DNA of 64,000 bases from the human T2T-CHM13v2.0 reference genome, Homo sapiens. Below, in pieces: positions 1 to 13,436 of the stretch. The notes below the pieces were generated by a model. The model searched no databases, was not told the DNA's origin, and worked only from the letters and a program-made list of their open reading frames with translations. The stretch lies in NCBI RefSeq assembly GCF_009914755.1, contig NC_060930.1. One strand, written 5' to 3'. Position numbers and translations under genes: made by a program. How positions within the stretch are numbered: position 1 is the first letter of the stretch; each line of letters starts with the position of its first letter.

Positions 1-1
1 T

Positions 2-395
<394 letters not shown>

Positions 396-402
396 GCTTG
401 CA

Positions 403-435
403 TGCATACATACACGCATACATACATACATACAT
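403..435 (+). repeat. (CATA)n-type microsatellite after Alu tail
   Basis: tgcatacatatacacgcatacatacatacatacat. Confidence 0.8.
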
Positions 436-1673
436 TCTGGAGTTTTAAGTTTCAAACAGACGTAATTCTATTTAGACCATCTTTTAATAGAAGCCTGACT
501 AAACCTACTTCAATATAGTCGTAGTCAACATCTTAATTACATGCAGTCAAATAGATGTTCCCTTAAGGGCTGGAAAACAAACGACAAAGAACGTTCGTCC
601 TACAAAGTTGTTCACATTAGGGATCTGGACTAATAAGGGTGGAGACGAGAAGAACAAATGCTTTGACCTTCAAACTCATCACATTAATTGCATAACTTTA
701 GGTCCTTGATCTCGCTATGCCTTAGTTTTCCTGTTCTTGAATGGTGCTTACCTACTATACTAAGAACATGTCAGCCTGGTACTAGTCTCATTATCACATG
801 CACATTCACAATTGGTAGAGTTTAATCAATGGAGGTGAATATATTTAGAATGAATTTCTAAATAAAGTCGCCACCATAGTGAAATTCTTTGACAGCCCTC
901 TTGAAATAATATATTATTTTTCCTCCTACAACCCCTGAGTCCTGGAGAATTTGGAAGCCTGGTGTCAGTGACTCAAAAGAATCAACATTTAGGTGGAGAC
1001 TGAAGGACAACCTACTTTTTGCAAGAAGATTTCTATGTTGGATTTCTTTGAATTTTAATCATGCCTGTTGTAATGACCCTGGTCTATAGGGTTATCTCAG
1101 TTTTTTATCTGTGACATAAACATTTTTGGTTTCTTGAATTTCTCCATTTTTAGAAAGTACTCTTATGTCGTATCATACAACATGAGTTAGACCCAAGATT
1201 GCCAGGAAACAAAAATATTGGGAAGAATGAAAAGCTTGATTATCCTTTAAATCTAAGAATTAGAACAAATATATTTGCTCTGAAGACAAATGAGCAGTGT
1301 ATTATATTTGTTTCTTCCCTTGAACTTGTAGTGTATTTTTGAGTAATTTAATATAGAGGAACAACCTATTTTGGTTTTAAAACGATGAAAAATATTTTCT
1401 AGCAGATACCACAAGAAATGCTGTAGTTTGAGGTTGGGTTTATTGTAAAATGTTTTCAGGATGAAGATAATATAAGTCTTCCCTACTTTCTTTTGTTCTT
1501 AGTAATTAAAGGATTCTTTGTCTATTAGTATCAAATTGGTTTTGTGATAAAGAGCAAAATATTTATTGACATTTATTCACCTTTGTTCTCTAAACCTGGC
1601 TTACTGACAGTTGTGAAAGGACCAAACAAGTGCATTTAATTTTTTTACCCAACACAAACTTAAAAATAGAAAT

Positions 1674-1725
1674 TGCACTTCAGTTTGGGTGACAGAGCAA
1701 GACCCTGTTTCTAAAAAGAAAAAAT
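1674..1725 (+). mobile_element. Alu 3'-end fragment
   Basis: gcacttcagtttgggtgacagagcaagaccctgtttct followed by an A-rich tail. Confidence 0.65.
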
Positions 1726-3253
1726 AATAGAAATCAATGATAATATTTGTTTGTTGCTTTCTTCCCCCAGTTTGAGAATTTGCCTGAATCTGTTGGACAA
1801 AAAGAAGTCACAATTTAAGAAATTACGTACTTTTATTATCAGATTTGAAAGGTTTTTTTCCTTTCAGAGTTTTGAGTTATTTCAATTTAATGTCATTAAC
1901 TAAAGATTTAAATTTTTATTGTCTAAATACCAGCATCTGGCTCTAATACCAGTATTGGCAGGAGAAGTACTCTATTAGGTTTGCATTTTGACTGTTAGGT
2001 TTAATGAGCTTTCACTTCCTGAAACACTCTTCAGTGAGTTCAACATTTTAGTAGCCAGCAAGATAAGTTTTTTTTTTTTTTAGCAGAATGCAAAAATCAA
2101 GTGATTAGAAGCATCAAATGAATCCTATAGCTTTTAAAGGATTGATGTAGTGTGTTCCTGGTTAGATCATTGGAACTTCCGAGTGATGAGGTAGCTGTAC
2201 TCTTCCTTCAGGCTGGCACAAAGTGTGTGGGTTTAGTATTCTTAGCTCAAGATCTGTCTATACAATAGACAAGATGAATAGTATTTAATAATCCTTAATA
2301 GCTATGCTGGAGTACAGCATCCGAACCTTTTCCCAAGGTATCATAGCAGTGAAGCCATGTTCTAGTTGGAAAGAACATAGGCTTTGGAGAGACAGATCTA
2401 GTTTAAATCCTGGTTTCAAGTTTTACAAAACCTGCCTTACAGAAGGTAATTGTGAGGAATAGCGATAATAAAACAGAGAGTGCCTAACACATGACAGAGG
2501 CTCTGTTCCAGTAATGATTCTCCTATCGCTGCTTTATAAAGCCTCAGTGGATTCTTCATATTTATGTGTAATCAGAGCAGGCAACAATAATGGTAATTCT
2601 TTTACCTGGAGGGTGATTCCAAAATGGTTGAATGTGTCATAGGCAGTATTTAATGCTTTTTCACTAGACTTTAAAGTATTTATTTCCTAGAGGGTGAAAC
2701 TGAGGTTTTCTGAGTCACAGAAAGGTCTGACAAAGATTCCTGAGGCCTTTGCTGATATCCTGTCCCACAAGCAGGAATGACAAGCCCCAAATCATCTGCA
2801 GAAGGCATCGAATGGGACATTTGTCCACCCAGCATCTCCTCAAAGCTCTGTCTGCCCTGTTCTCTGTGCTGTGTGAGGGGGCAGCTATGACTGAGGAGGT
2901 CACCTGGAGCAGAACCGCTTCAAAGCCCTCCTCCCTCCTGGCATCTCCCTCCGCTTCCCCACCATCCTTTCCTCGGGGGTCCTAACCTCAGATTCTTGCC
3001 CACATCTATGAGAGGTTCACCCTGTCATAGACTGTTTTTGTGTGTGTTTTCTCATGTTGTTTCTGCTTTGTTGGTTTGTTTTACATTTCTGTCTAGAGTC
3101 TCTAAACATAATAGCAAGTTTGTTTCTGAGAAAGTTCACCCTGGCCCCCTCCCCTCCCCCAAACCTTCAAGGCTACTGCATCTCAGCCCATTATCAGTCA
3201 GGCCACTGGTATTACTTTGTCAGTAAACTGTGCGACTTCCCTTTTTATTTCAG

Positions 3254-3390
3254 TTTCAAGGAGAAGCTGGGGCCAGCAGGCCCAGGAGTATCAAGAACAA
3301 AAGCAACGGTCCTCCAGTAAAGATGGCCATCAAGGCAGCAAATCTAATGACTCCGGGGAAGAAGCAGAAAAAGAGTTTATTTTTGTGTAA
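3254..3390 (+). CDS. CARMIL1: CARMIL1 (LRRC16A) terminal coding exon
   Basis: Polypyrimidine tract plus CAG acceptor (AG 3252-3253). Phase-1 entry gives (V)SRRSWGQQAQEYQEQKQRSSSKDGHQGSKSNDSGEEAEKEFIFV, TAA at 3388-3390, matching the CARMIL1 C-terminus as I recall it. Absent from the ORF track because it has no start codon. Confidence 0.93.
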
Positions 3391-4330
3391 AGGTCACCCA
3401 CGCAGAAGTCTTCCTGTGCAGGGTGCTTTGGTAGCCATCAGAGAGGAACCAAGGGCAACATCTTTTCTTCCCAGGCGTTCTTCTCTGGGTGCTTTATTCT
3501 CTTCTTTTTCTTTATTTCGCCCCCACCCCCATCCCCTGCCTTTTTTTTTTTTTTTTTTTGTATAGAAACAGATCCATTTCTTGGTAATCAAAGCACATTT
3601 GTTTGGTCTTCCTCCAACCCTTTGCATTTGATTTCTAAACATTCCTTCATATGCCTTTAATGAAAGCCAGCAATTATCCCATGGGCCCTACTTGAATTTA
3701 TCTGAGGCAGCTACAGATTGCCCTGCAAGATGAGTTTTTGGAGATAAATGAAATAACTGGACACACACTCACACAAGTAACACCACAGCAGACCTCGGAG
3801 TACTGCTAAGTGTACCTGTGTCAAATCCGCACAGGACTCAATATAGCAATTTATTCTTGATGTATGCAATTGCACATTGTAATTATATTAACAGAGCACA
3901 CTAATAATTTGTATAGATTATATATATTAGATCTTGGGTATGGTTTTTACCTTCTCCCATGGGGAACTTCTTCCTTCCTGATGTGGAATTGTACATTTAA
4001 AGCTTGGTCGGTGACCTTTGCATACCATCAACGAGCACAGCTAAGAACAGAGTGAGAGAGGCCCATGGCTGATTTTACCATGTGCCCAGATTAATGTATA
4101 TAGTTGATTGGAATGAGGTTTTATGAATATTCATGTTTTTGAAGGCCTTTAATTTCTGTCTGCATATTAGCTTTTAATGTGTGATTTTAAGAGAGAATAC
4201 TTTGACACCTGTAAAAATCAAAATACTACTCTTTATAAGACATTTCACAAATATTCACTTACATTACAGGCTGGAAGTATTTTATTCATATGTATATTTA
4301 TACCAATAAAATGATTTTACAAGTGGAATT
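3391..4330 (+). other. CARMIL1: CARMIL1 3' UTR
   Basis: AT-rich ~0.94 kb between the stop codon and AATAAA; T19 tract 3541-3559; Pumilio-type TGTATATA at 4095-4102. The 3' end is approximate. Confidence 0.75.
4305..4310 (+). terminator. Polyadenylation signal AATAAA of CARMIL1
   Basis: AATAAA with upstream TGTA (4291) and downstream T/GT-rich tract; a second AATAAA lies at 4453-4458. Confidence 0.7.
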
Positions 4331-6020
4331 TGGGCCTTCTCCAGTTACATTTTTAGTTTGGACTGGCTCAGGGTGGTGAACTTTGGTTTTGTTTCCAAAA
4401 TCCAAAATAATCAATGTTCTCAGATAAGCAATCTGGGAACTATTACCTTCGAAATAAAGATAACGTAGTAATGCCACTGCCTGTTTTCCCCCTTGGGAAA
4501 AATGATAAAATTTACCAGAAGAATATAGAATTAGGAGTTTGATCCACCTCCCATTACCATGCATAAGGGTCATATGAAGGATGCAAGTGTGAGCAAAGAA
4601 GTATGATTTGAAGCGTTGCAAGCAGTGGTTATCTATTGGAAAGAAGAATGATAGAAGGTGGGGTCGGCATGACATGACTATTTCCCTCATCATCTTCCAC
4701 TAGCCCTGTCCCCAGCTCAGGTGTCTGGCATATGCGTAAGTGCCCATAATGTAGACCAGATGGTTTGCTGCCTTTGCGTGACTTCATGAGGGCAGAAAGA
4801 CAGAAGATTGCTTCCTCCAGCTGTAGCTCTGCTGTCATAAATGCTGATGGGAATAAACACCTCTTATGGCTGTCAAACTGGGAGACGCATCAGAAGACAA
4901 AAGATGGGCATGGTACCTCCATGAGCTAACAGGCTATGAGGAAACAGACCCATAACCCAACCCAAAACAATACAGTGTGATGGAACCATACTCATGACAA
5001 ACAGTGATGTGGAAAGGGGGTTAGGTCTACCTGTGCTGCTCAGGAACCTCAGAGGAGGCAATGTTTGTGCAAGGCCTTGAAGTCACACCTTCATAAGTAC
5101 AGGAACAGTGTCTGATTCCTAGCTGTACCCCCTGTAAATGTGTGATGTGGCCCATATTCAACCATAGAGAATAGTGGGAAGATACAGAAAGTGCTCACAG
5201 AGCAATCAAGTTCACATTCACTTAGAATGCTATGTGGTAAAAGGCACACGTGCTGCTGGTTAGGACCTCTCTCTGGGTTTCAGCATAAGAACTATCCTCA
5301 AAGAGGCAGTCGAGAGAAGCCCAGATAGTGAATAGCCTTGGTGCTTTATTATGGAGTTGGATCCTGATGCTATGCAGTAGGAGCCATTGCATTTTTTAAA
5401 GCAATAATGTAATCAGAGCTAAGATTATAAAGATAAACCCTATAGACTAAAGGCAGGCATCCAGTGAAGTGGCTGAGCAAGGATTCGTCATCATTTTCCC
5501 TCTCCTTGTAGTGGTCAAGAGGTCCACTCAGATGCTCCTTCAAGAGAACTTCAAGAGAACTTGGCTATGGAGAGCGTGTGGGGGCCGACCATGGCTAACA
5601 GCTTCCAGCTGCCACACCTTGAGACCCTCTACAGTGGTCTTGCTGTGGCTAGGCCACCCCCACTTTCCCTGCCAACCACCGAGGACGGCTGGTACACTAG
5701 AGCTGCCCAACACAGGACTCTACTGAGCAACTTTTGCTCTAGGGCCCTCCTCTGGCCTGGCCAAGGCTTTCTGAGAGCTGCGCAAAAGCTCTTCCTACCC
5801 ACATCTCCTTTCTTCCTTCCCAATCTTCTTTTACAGGTGATCAACCTGAATATGATCTGAAGGCACTCCCTGCTACTGCTCCCTCCACTTTTATGCTTCA
5901 CAGCCATTTCCCCCAATAAATAAATATTCTGCGGTCTAATCCCATCTGGGCACATGCTTCTTGGAGAACCTGAACTGACACACTTCTCCATATTCTGTCA
6001 CCATCAATCAAGAATACATG

Positions 6021-6278
6021 CACTTTTGGAGGCCAAGGTGGGTGGATGAACTTTGAGGTAGGGAGTTTGAGACCAGCCTGGCCAACATGGTGAAACCCCA
6101 CCTCTACTAAAAATACAAAAATTAGCCGGGCTTGGTGGTGTGTGCCTATAATCCCAGCTACTGAGGAGGCTGAGGAAGGAGACTCACTTGAACCTGAGAG
6201 GCGGAGGTTGCAGTGAGCTGAGATCACACCACTGCACGCCAGCCTGGATGACAAAGACTCCGTCTTAAAACAAAAAAG
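6021..6278 (+). mobile_element. Alu SINE, AluS-like, 5'-truncated
   Basis: Begins at CACTTT(T)GGAGGCC; GACCAGCCTGGCCAACATGGTGAAACCCC; A-rich linker and tail. Confidence 0.92.
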
Positions 6279-9200
6279 CACACACATGGAAAGGCAGCTT
6301 TACCATGTACATCTGAGCTGGTGGCTGGCAGATCTTTTCTCAAAATGTGTGGGCTTTTGTGTTTGTTTTGTGAATATATTAGAATTTGTGATATGTCCCT
6401 AAAAGAAAGATGCCCTTAAGGCAGAGGGGACTAACTGACTTCTCGAGGTCCTTTGGGATTTTGACACAACAGACACCACCTTGATTCTTGTTACCCTTGT
6501 AAAGTGTCAGTAGAAGTGAAGAGAACCATGCTTGCATCCGGGAACCCAGTGAAGCTAAGTGCTGGAGCAGCAATGGAGCCCATCAGGAGTTGTGGGTCCC
6601 AGAGAGCCCACTCGGACCAGCCAGATGGCGGTCGGGGGTGCCGCTCATGGAGCAAGGGTTGAAGCCTCCCAGAAAACCCCTAGAATACTAAACCACACAT
6701 ATTCCTTTTTCTGTTTGTGCCATGCACAAGGCCTAAATTAAGAATGAGAAGGATATACTAAGCAGGGGCCAAATAATCTAGGAATTGTTTGGTCACTTAT
6801 TTTGGGGATGCATTCATTGTGCAGCTTTGGAACAGGCTGACTTTCCAATTTTATTTTTCTTTAACATTGGTCAGTGTGGGTCTACTAGCACAGGCCATTG
6901 GCCAGCAATTGATCAGGCATGTGTCAAGTGTTGGAGAGAACTCAATTGCAATTAAAAATTGGCAACTAAAAATCCCAGAAGAGGATAATGGACAGGTGGT
7001 TCAATTAGGAAGGGGCAAACAGCTTGCAGTGGGTAAGACATTCTCATGACTTTGACCCTGCCCTGTGTTGGCTCATTTCCCCAGGTGATCCAGTTCCTTT
7101 TGTTGACTATTCACTTTAACACTCCATTTGCAAAACAGCATTCCCAGAGAAAACAGTTTTTCAACTGAAGGGAAAACAGAATACTTTTTTTTTGCAGAGA
7201 AGAAATAAACGGATTGCAACAGGAAATCTCAGTAGGCAGGACAGCCCTGATTTTCAACTGAGACGTTACACCTGTTCTCAGTCCCAAGCATGAAAATCCT
7301 AAATTGAGGTGGCCTTGAAAAGATATTTCTGTTTATCACTTTTTTACTTGCTAGATTGAAAGCACTGCCCCAATGTGGCCCTGCAGTAGAAACGATGTGG
7401 CCTTTATTCATTCTCAGTCTCTCTTTTACGTTTTCCCTCAGGGCAAGAACATGAACCAATGCCTTCAATAGCTGTAGTGATGCTGGCCTTCATTTCTACT
7501 CCTTTAAAAGGTGCTAAGAAAACAGTAGAGGTTTCCTAGATGCTCACTGTTGTCACTGCCATGTTTAGGGTCCTGCTTTTCCTAAATTATTCCAAATAGA
7601 ACCCTACCTTCCTAAATTCTTTAGCCCAGTACCCCACCCATTGGCCAAACTGCTAAAAACCAGAGCAAGGAGGCAAAGTAGGGAACACAAAGCAATGGAA
7701 GGAGGATAATTTTTTCTCTCCCTCTTTCTTGTGTTTTGATTTTTTATTTGTCTCTCCTGAGGTTTGACTGAATGAGGCAAAACTGTAACTAAATGCCATG
7801 CTTTGAGGCAGCCTGATCTCTCTTTCCCTCTGATGGTATAGGCTGGGCAAACTGTCTGCTCAATGAGCCACATCAATTAAACATCTCAGCCTTCTGTGAC
7901 TCTTGGCTCACACACACCACACATCACAAAGCTGAGAGTAGGAGAAGGCTCCGTTCACTGAAATGGGCCATAATTTAATCTGCTGGTGCTATAGTTAAGG
8001 TGAGTTAAGACATGCAGACATAGGAGAATGGGGGAATTCAGCTTCTGTGCAAATGGTTATCATTGGCCCAAAGCCAAGGTAGTCTGCCTGGGTTTTGAAA
8101 TGTTGATCACTGTGTGCCACTGCCACCAAAGTCACTAAGTCTCAAAATGTAAGGCAAAGCTTTTGAGATGTATAGATTGCATCTCAGGATTTCTTAGTCT
8201 GAGGTCAGATTGTATGTTATTTCATAATCACAACTTAAATGTATAGCTTCTTTTCCTTTTTAGGGCAACTTAATAGAGATTAAGTCTCTTAGTCACACTT
8301 GAAAATCTATCTCATGAATTAGAAACTCTCCCTAGTCAGAGATTTCTTGAAATCAGTAGAAACAAAATGTGTTTTCTCCAAGGGGACTGTCCTTGCTGTT
8401 ATTGGGTGGTGGCACATTTGAATAAGACCAGGGTAATCCATTTATACTTTCCAATTACAGTTTGTATTAGGTTTAACTCAAAGTGAAGCCATCACTTACA
8501 CTGTGTACACACAGCTTACACTGGGGCCTGTTTCGTGCATCCACACCACTGCTTTGAGGATTAGGCACAATTTTGCACCTCCCGTGACATACAGTGATCA
8601 TGAGGTCTCTTCTGACAGTAAGAGCAGACACTTAACCGTAGTTTCTGGAGGTGTGAAGAAAAGAATTATCTCAAAGACAGAAGCATTGTCAGGGTAGAGG
8701 CCACTTCAGGTTGCCTACAATGTGATCAGAGGGGCCTGGATGCAGAAAAACCACTGCTGGGAAGATGTGCTTGAGCTTCTAGACATTGAATCCCTGCAGA
8801 GAATTCAGACATGAACTGCACAGGGATTCTTCCATGCAGGAGTGTCCTTACCCATGGCAGTAAGGACATGGAAGAAGGGCCCTAGGTCTAGGTCCTGTGG
8901 AATGGGAGGTGTCAATGCAGGCAGAAGCTCATCTTGGGGACATTCCTAGACTGTTCCCAAAGCGTCAACAGGTCTCCCATGCTTTTCCCTCAGGTCCTCA
9001 GAGGAGGGGGAGAAAAGGCAGGCTGCTTCCCACATACTGAGAGCAAAGAATTCAAGTAGACATTTGACCCTTTGGCCTGACCAGCCCTCACTGAAGCCTG
9101 TCCTCTCTGTGATCAAGTCATTTCGGGTCTGGCTCATGATGCACCTTCTCATTTCCCCAGGTGAACTTATTCCCTTCTAAGGCTACAATTCCCACCTTTG

Positions 9201-10599
9201 CAGTGATGTCTCCCTCGTCTTTTGCTTTAGCTCTGTCTCTATGCAGTATCATTAGGGTGACCCATGGGTATCAGATAATTCATGAGTGTGGGGTGACCAT
9301 ACTCCGTGCCTAGAAATGAGATAATTCAATTTTATGACACTTGGAGAGATCTCCAGGGCTCATAAGACTCAACTCTCACTGGAGATAGAGGACCAGAACC
9401 CCCATGCCTTTACATTTCTACAGAACAGAGACAGACTTTGCCCAAAGGTCACTGAGCTAGTTTGCTCTTACTCTATCCCAGGCACCCTGTTGGAGCCTTC
9501 ATTGCCTACAATGACTAGGTGTGAGGGAAGGGAGGACCACTTGCAAATAAGAATATGATTTGCTGGCCTAAACCACTGGGCTCCAGATGGGCACTTCCCA
9601 GCTGAAGCCAGCACTACTGTGGCTCAGGTACACTCAGCAGAGGAGACCAGCTCCTCTACCTGCTACTAATTTTCAAAGCTCTAGACAGGGTGCGTATCCT
9701 GCATACCATGGGCTGGGGAGAATGCTGGGCATCTGTCTGTGAGCTTGAATTGTGAAAGAAAAAATGATTTCTTTATTTTCATTAGCCTCCTTTGCAATTT
9801 AGCATTTCTTTCAGTTATGAATATGTGCAGCAAACTATAATAGTATTAACAGTGCCTGGGAAAATGGAAATCATAAACATTTTTAGATCAGTTTCCAACC
9901 ACTGCAGATATTGTGATACATTATCCCACTCACCACTACTTCAAAATTACAGTACTTATAAGACCCTCTGATACATTGTGTTATGTAAAGAATTAATAAA
10001 GCAGTGCATTAACTTCTAAATCAAAGTTTGTTTTAAAATATTCTAATAATTGTATTTTCAATATTATTAGTTTCCTGTGTAATACCCTGTATTCTACTTT
10101 ATTAGTATAAAATATTTACGATGAGAAGGGATCCTGAGACTTCATCAGACTACCAAAAAGATGATGGTCCAAGCAAGGTTAGAAACCGATTCTAAGAGCT
10201 GCCACCCCGGGCCCAGCAGGGCAGAACAGGAGTACTTTTTTGCAAACGAACTGGAAAAGGCTCTTCTTGTGGATACATATTCCTTTCTGTTGTCTTCCAA
10301 GCTGTTTCCTATCCTCCTGTACCATATGTACCCCTGAGGATTATCTTCAATGGGTCTTGGAAATGTATAAAAATTGTCAATACCTATGAGGAGAAAATGA
10401 TTCCAAAATTGGAACTGGATCTCAAACTTCATTGCCAGGCATCATCTTCATGGCTGGTGGGGAGGGAGTGTGAAGTGGGCTCAGCTATGTGTGCCTTCAG
10501 CCCCTGTTGAGACACAGGGAGAGAGATGGCTTTCCTCCACCACGGTGAATGGTTACAGGACTTTGTCTTCCAAGAGAGGGCCCAGGAGGCTGTTTTAAA

Positions 10600-11430
10600 T
10601 GTAAGTTTTATTAGTATTCAGGTATAGTGAGGTCAACAGATCAAGAGACAACAACTATTGAAAAGATCTCCAGTTCCTCATAGTTCCCAGGAAAACAGGG
10701 CACACCATACCATGCAGGGCCACATGGAGAAGCAGCAGGTTTGGTCAGGAGGCAGTGGGAGCTAGAGGGAAATGTGAGCAAGTGCTTTTATTGTGTTTCC
10801 CTTGAGAAAGAATGGGCAAGGTCAGGTAACCAGGCTTAGGATTGGCTAGCTTGAATATTTCAGAAGGTTCAGGGTAGAGCAACTGTCCTGCATTGTCTAG
10901 TACCTGGCCTTGGTGTGATTACAGTGGGGAATAGTAGCCTGGAGTGTGAGAGCCTACTTCCACTTAGAGGAGGTTGTGGGATGGGGAGGTGCTGGATTGG
11001 TTAGTTTGCATATGAAAGGCATGCTTCCAGGTGATTCATTTACTATCTCTGAGAAGCAGCGGCTCCCTTTAGGCAGCCTATTCCCTTTAGGGTCAGCAAA
11101 GCCCCAAGATACAGAATTACAGAAAATTGGATAGGCACTTTGAGAGGCTGAGGCGGGCCAGATCGCTTGAGGCTGGGAGTTCAAGACCAGCCTGGCCAAT
11201 ATGGCAAAACCCCGTCTCTAATAAAAATACAAAAATTAGCTGGGCACAGTGGCGCACACCTGTAATCCCAGCTAATCGGGAGGCTGAGGCACAAGAATTT
11301 GCTTGAACCCAGGAGGCAGAGGTTGCCGTGAGCCGAGATCACACCACTGTACTACAGAGGCAACAGAGTGAGGCTCCATCTCAAAAAAGAAAAAAGAATT
11401 ACAGAAAATCAAAAGGAGTAAATAATAGAG
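10600..11430. mobile_element. ERVL-class solo LTR (MER54-like), interrupted by an Alu
   Basis: GGTATAGTGAGGTCAACAGATCAAGAGAC...GGTCAGGAGGCAG...TTTATTGTGTTTCC resembles a MER54-type consensus from memory; family and ends tentative. Confidence 0.5.
11135..11394 (+). mobile_element. Alu SINE, AluS-like, 5'-truncated, with 15-bp TSD
   Basis: Exact flanking direct repeat AGAATTACAGAAAAT at 11113-11127 and 11395-11409. Confidence 0.93.
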
Positions 11431-11921
11431 GCCACCTAGCATTCCTGGCTGAAGTGATGGTGCATTCTGGGGAGAAGATGTGCCCTTGCAGTCTCTTAGG
11501 TGAGTAAATTAATATCCATTAGTAGAGACCTGAGCCATGACAAATGCAGGACCTGCAGAGCCTCATGTTCAGATGGAAATTGGTCTTTTGAGCATCTTCC
11601 CAGCACCCTGGCCTCTTCCTGCCCTCCACCATACCACTTACCTCCTGAGGGTGGAAAAGAAGCTCAGCTTTGCTGGCTTTTTGGGTCCCAGGTGCCTCTG
11701 AGGCCTGAGCAGAGGGTTAGAAACCAACACCCTTGAGTGCCTTTGGGTCTGAGGGCAACCTTATGGTCCAGAACTGGCTGGCCCAAAGAAGACTTTGGGG
11801 TTGACCATGTTTGGTCCGTTCAAGAAGGAAAAGCAATTGATCTAATCTTATGGCTACAGGAACACCCACTCTAGGGGTATCACTGTGCAAATGGCTTATT
11901 CCGAATAGGCCTTGCAAACCA

Positions 11922-11979
11922 CTCCAACCTTCTAATAACTTAAAAAAGATGCTCCAACCTTCTAATAACTTAAAAAAGA
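11922..11979 (+). repeat. Tandem duplication, 28-bp unit x2 (period 30)
   Basis: CTCCAACCTTCTAATAACTTAAAAAAGA at 11922-11949 and 11952-11979, identical. Confidence 0.95.
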
Positions 11980-13006
11980 AACCTGTGTCACTAATGAGTT
12001 TAATTGAAACAGGGGGGAGAGATTTTAAAAAGTTCTGGGGGCATGAACATGTTAATGAGATTGATTATTCTTAGAAAAGGCAAAAGGAAGAAACTTCCTC
12101 TCCCTAAATCTAATTTCATTTAATTGAATTATGGGAAGAAGTTGGCTCTCCAATCACTGCTGAAAGGCAAACAAAGCAAGACCCTGAAGTTAGTGAGGGG
12201 ATGTCAGTGCAGCCCAGATGCCTGGGACTGCCCGTGTTATTAGCATTCACTCATAGGGAGCCCCAATGGCAGCAATTGACACAAGCTAAGCAGCAAAAAT
12301 CCCATATGCCATGTGAGCTTCTTGCAAGTTTTACACTAGCATGCTGCTTTTGAAATTCCAGGTGTTCAGGCTACAAGGAACAAGGCTGAGTGTCCACCAG
12401 TGCTGAGATTTCCCCTTCGATGGTAGACAAGACTGGGGCCATTGTTACTATGACAAGATGCGCTGTGGATTAAAGGGGAGGAAAACAATGTGCCTTATTG
12501 TCTCATTCCCTTTCCTGGAGAAGCCCAAAGAACCACACAAGACATCTGAAGACTGAAGGGACAGCCATCATTCAATCACAGCATTAGACTTTGCATGTCT
12601 ATGACCCAATCTGTTTCAATGATTCCCCCAGCCATAGTTCCACTGCATCTGGCTTTGAAGCATATTCCCTCTCCCTTTCCCTGACTCCTGAGAATACCTC
12701 AAATACAAATCAAGCTTTTTGCCAGTTACGGTTTCTCATTTTGTTAGCTTGTTCAATATTTGTTGAGCACCTATTATGTACCAGGAAATGGTCTGAGTGT
12801 TGGTCTCCTAAGACCAAATCCCCATCCTTTGGCTCATGGAGCTTTGACTCATGGAGATGAGAGAACATAAACAAATTAGTGAATGACATAATTTCACAAA
12901 TGCTCTGCACAGCAAGGGACGAAGGCAATGGCTGGGACAACAATTTGGATATGAAAGGGCTTTTCTTTTCTACTCTAGTGTTTTCTATTAATTTATGCTC
13001 CCCAAC

Positions 13007-13436
13007 TGTGGTGGACACTGGGATGCACCACTCAGATCTCCCTTTAGGAATAACGAATTTGTAAATTCAGCTGCCGCTGGCAGATGACTTCAGCTGTCAG
13101 CTCCCTGAGGGATTTGCCTTGGCTGAGAGCCAACTAGCTCAAGGTCACACCGCTTTCCCTGGCAGTTTATCTAATACCTAATCAATGCAGAAACATGAAA
13201 GTCCGGCCCCTCACCTCAACTCAGGACGGCTGTGAAAGGTCAACCCATCTTCAGAACTCAGGTAGGCTGAGGCCTCCATTGGGACAGCATCACAGCTCAA
13301 CTTTCCCTTTGCCCAATCCTGCCTCCTTTCTTTCCTTCCCATCCACAGTTGTTGATTTCAAGATCACCCATAACAACCCTCTCGCACACCAGTCTCCATC
13401 TCAGAGCTAGCTTTCTGGTGAACCCAACCTGTGAAA
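13007..13436 (+). mobile_element. ERVL solo LTR, LTR16-like
   Basis: TGTGGTGGACAC start; GCCCAATCCTGCCTCC and CTCCATCTCAGAGCTAGCTTTCTGGTGAACCCAACCTG end are typical of LTR16. Confidence 0.65.

Noticed and set aside
5538-5562. TTCAAGAGA x2, identical to the common shRNA loop sequence
   Set aside because: Simple 11-bp tandem duplication with no flanking stem and no vector sequence; no sign of engineering.
5898-6287. 129-aa ORF and similar ORFs at 16400-17692, 22931, 41735-42026, 49808, 52694
   Set aside because: Translations of Alu sequence (e.g. [18 protein letters not shown]), not genes.
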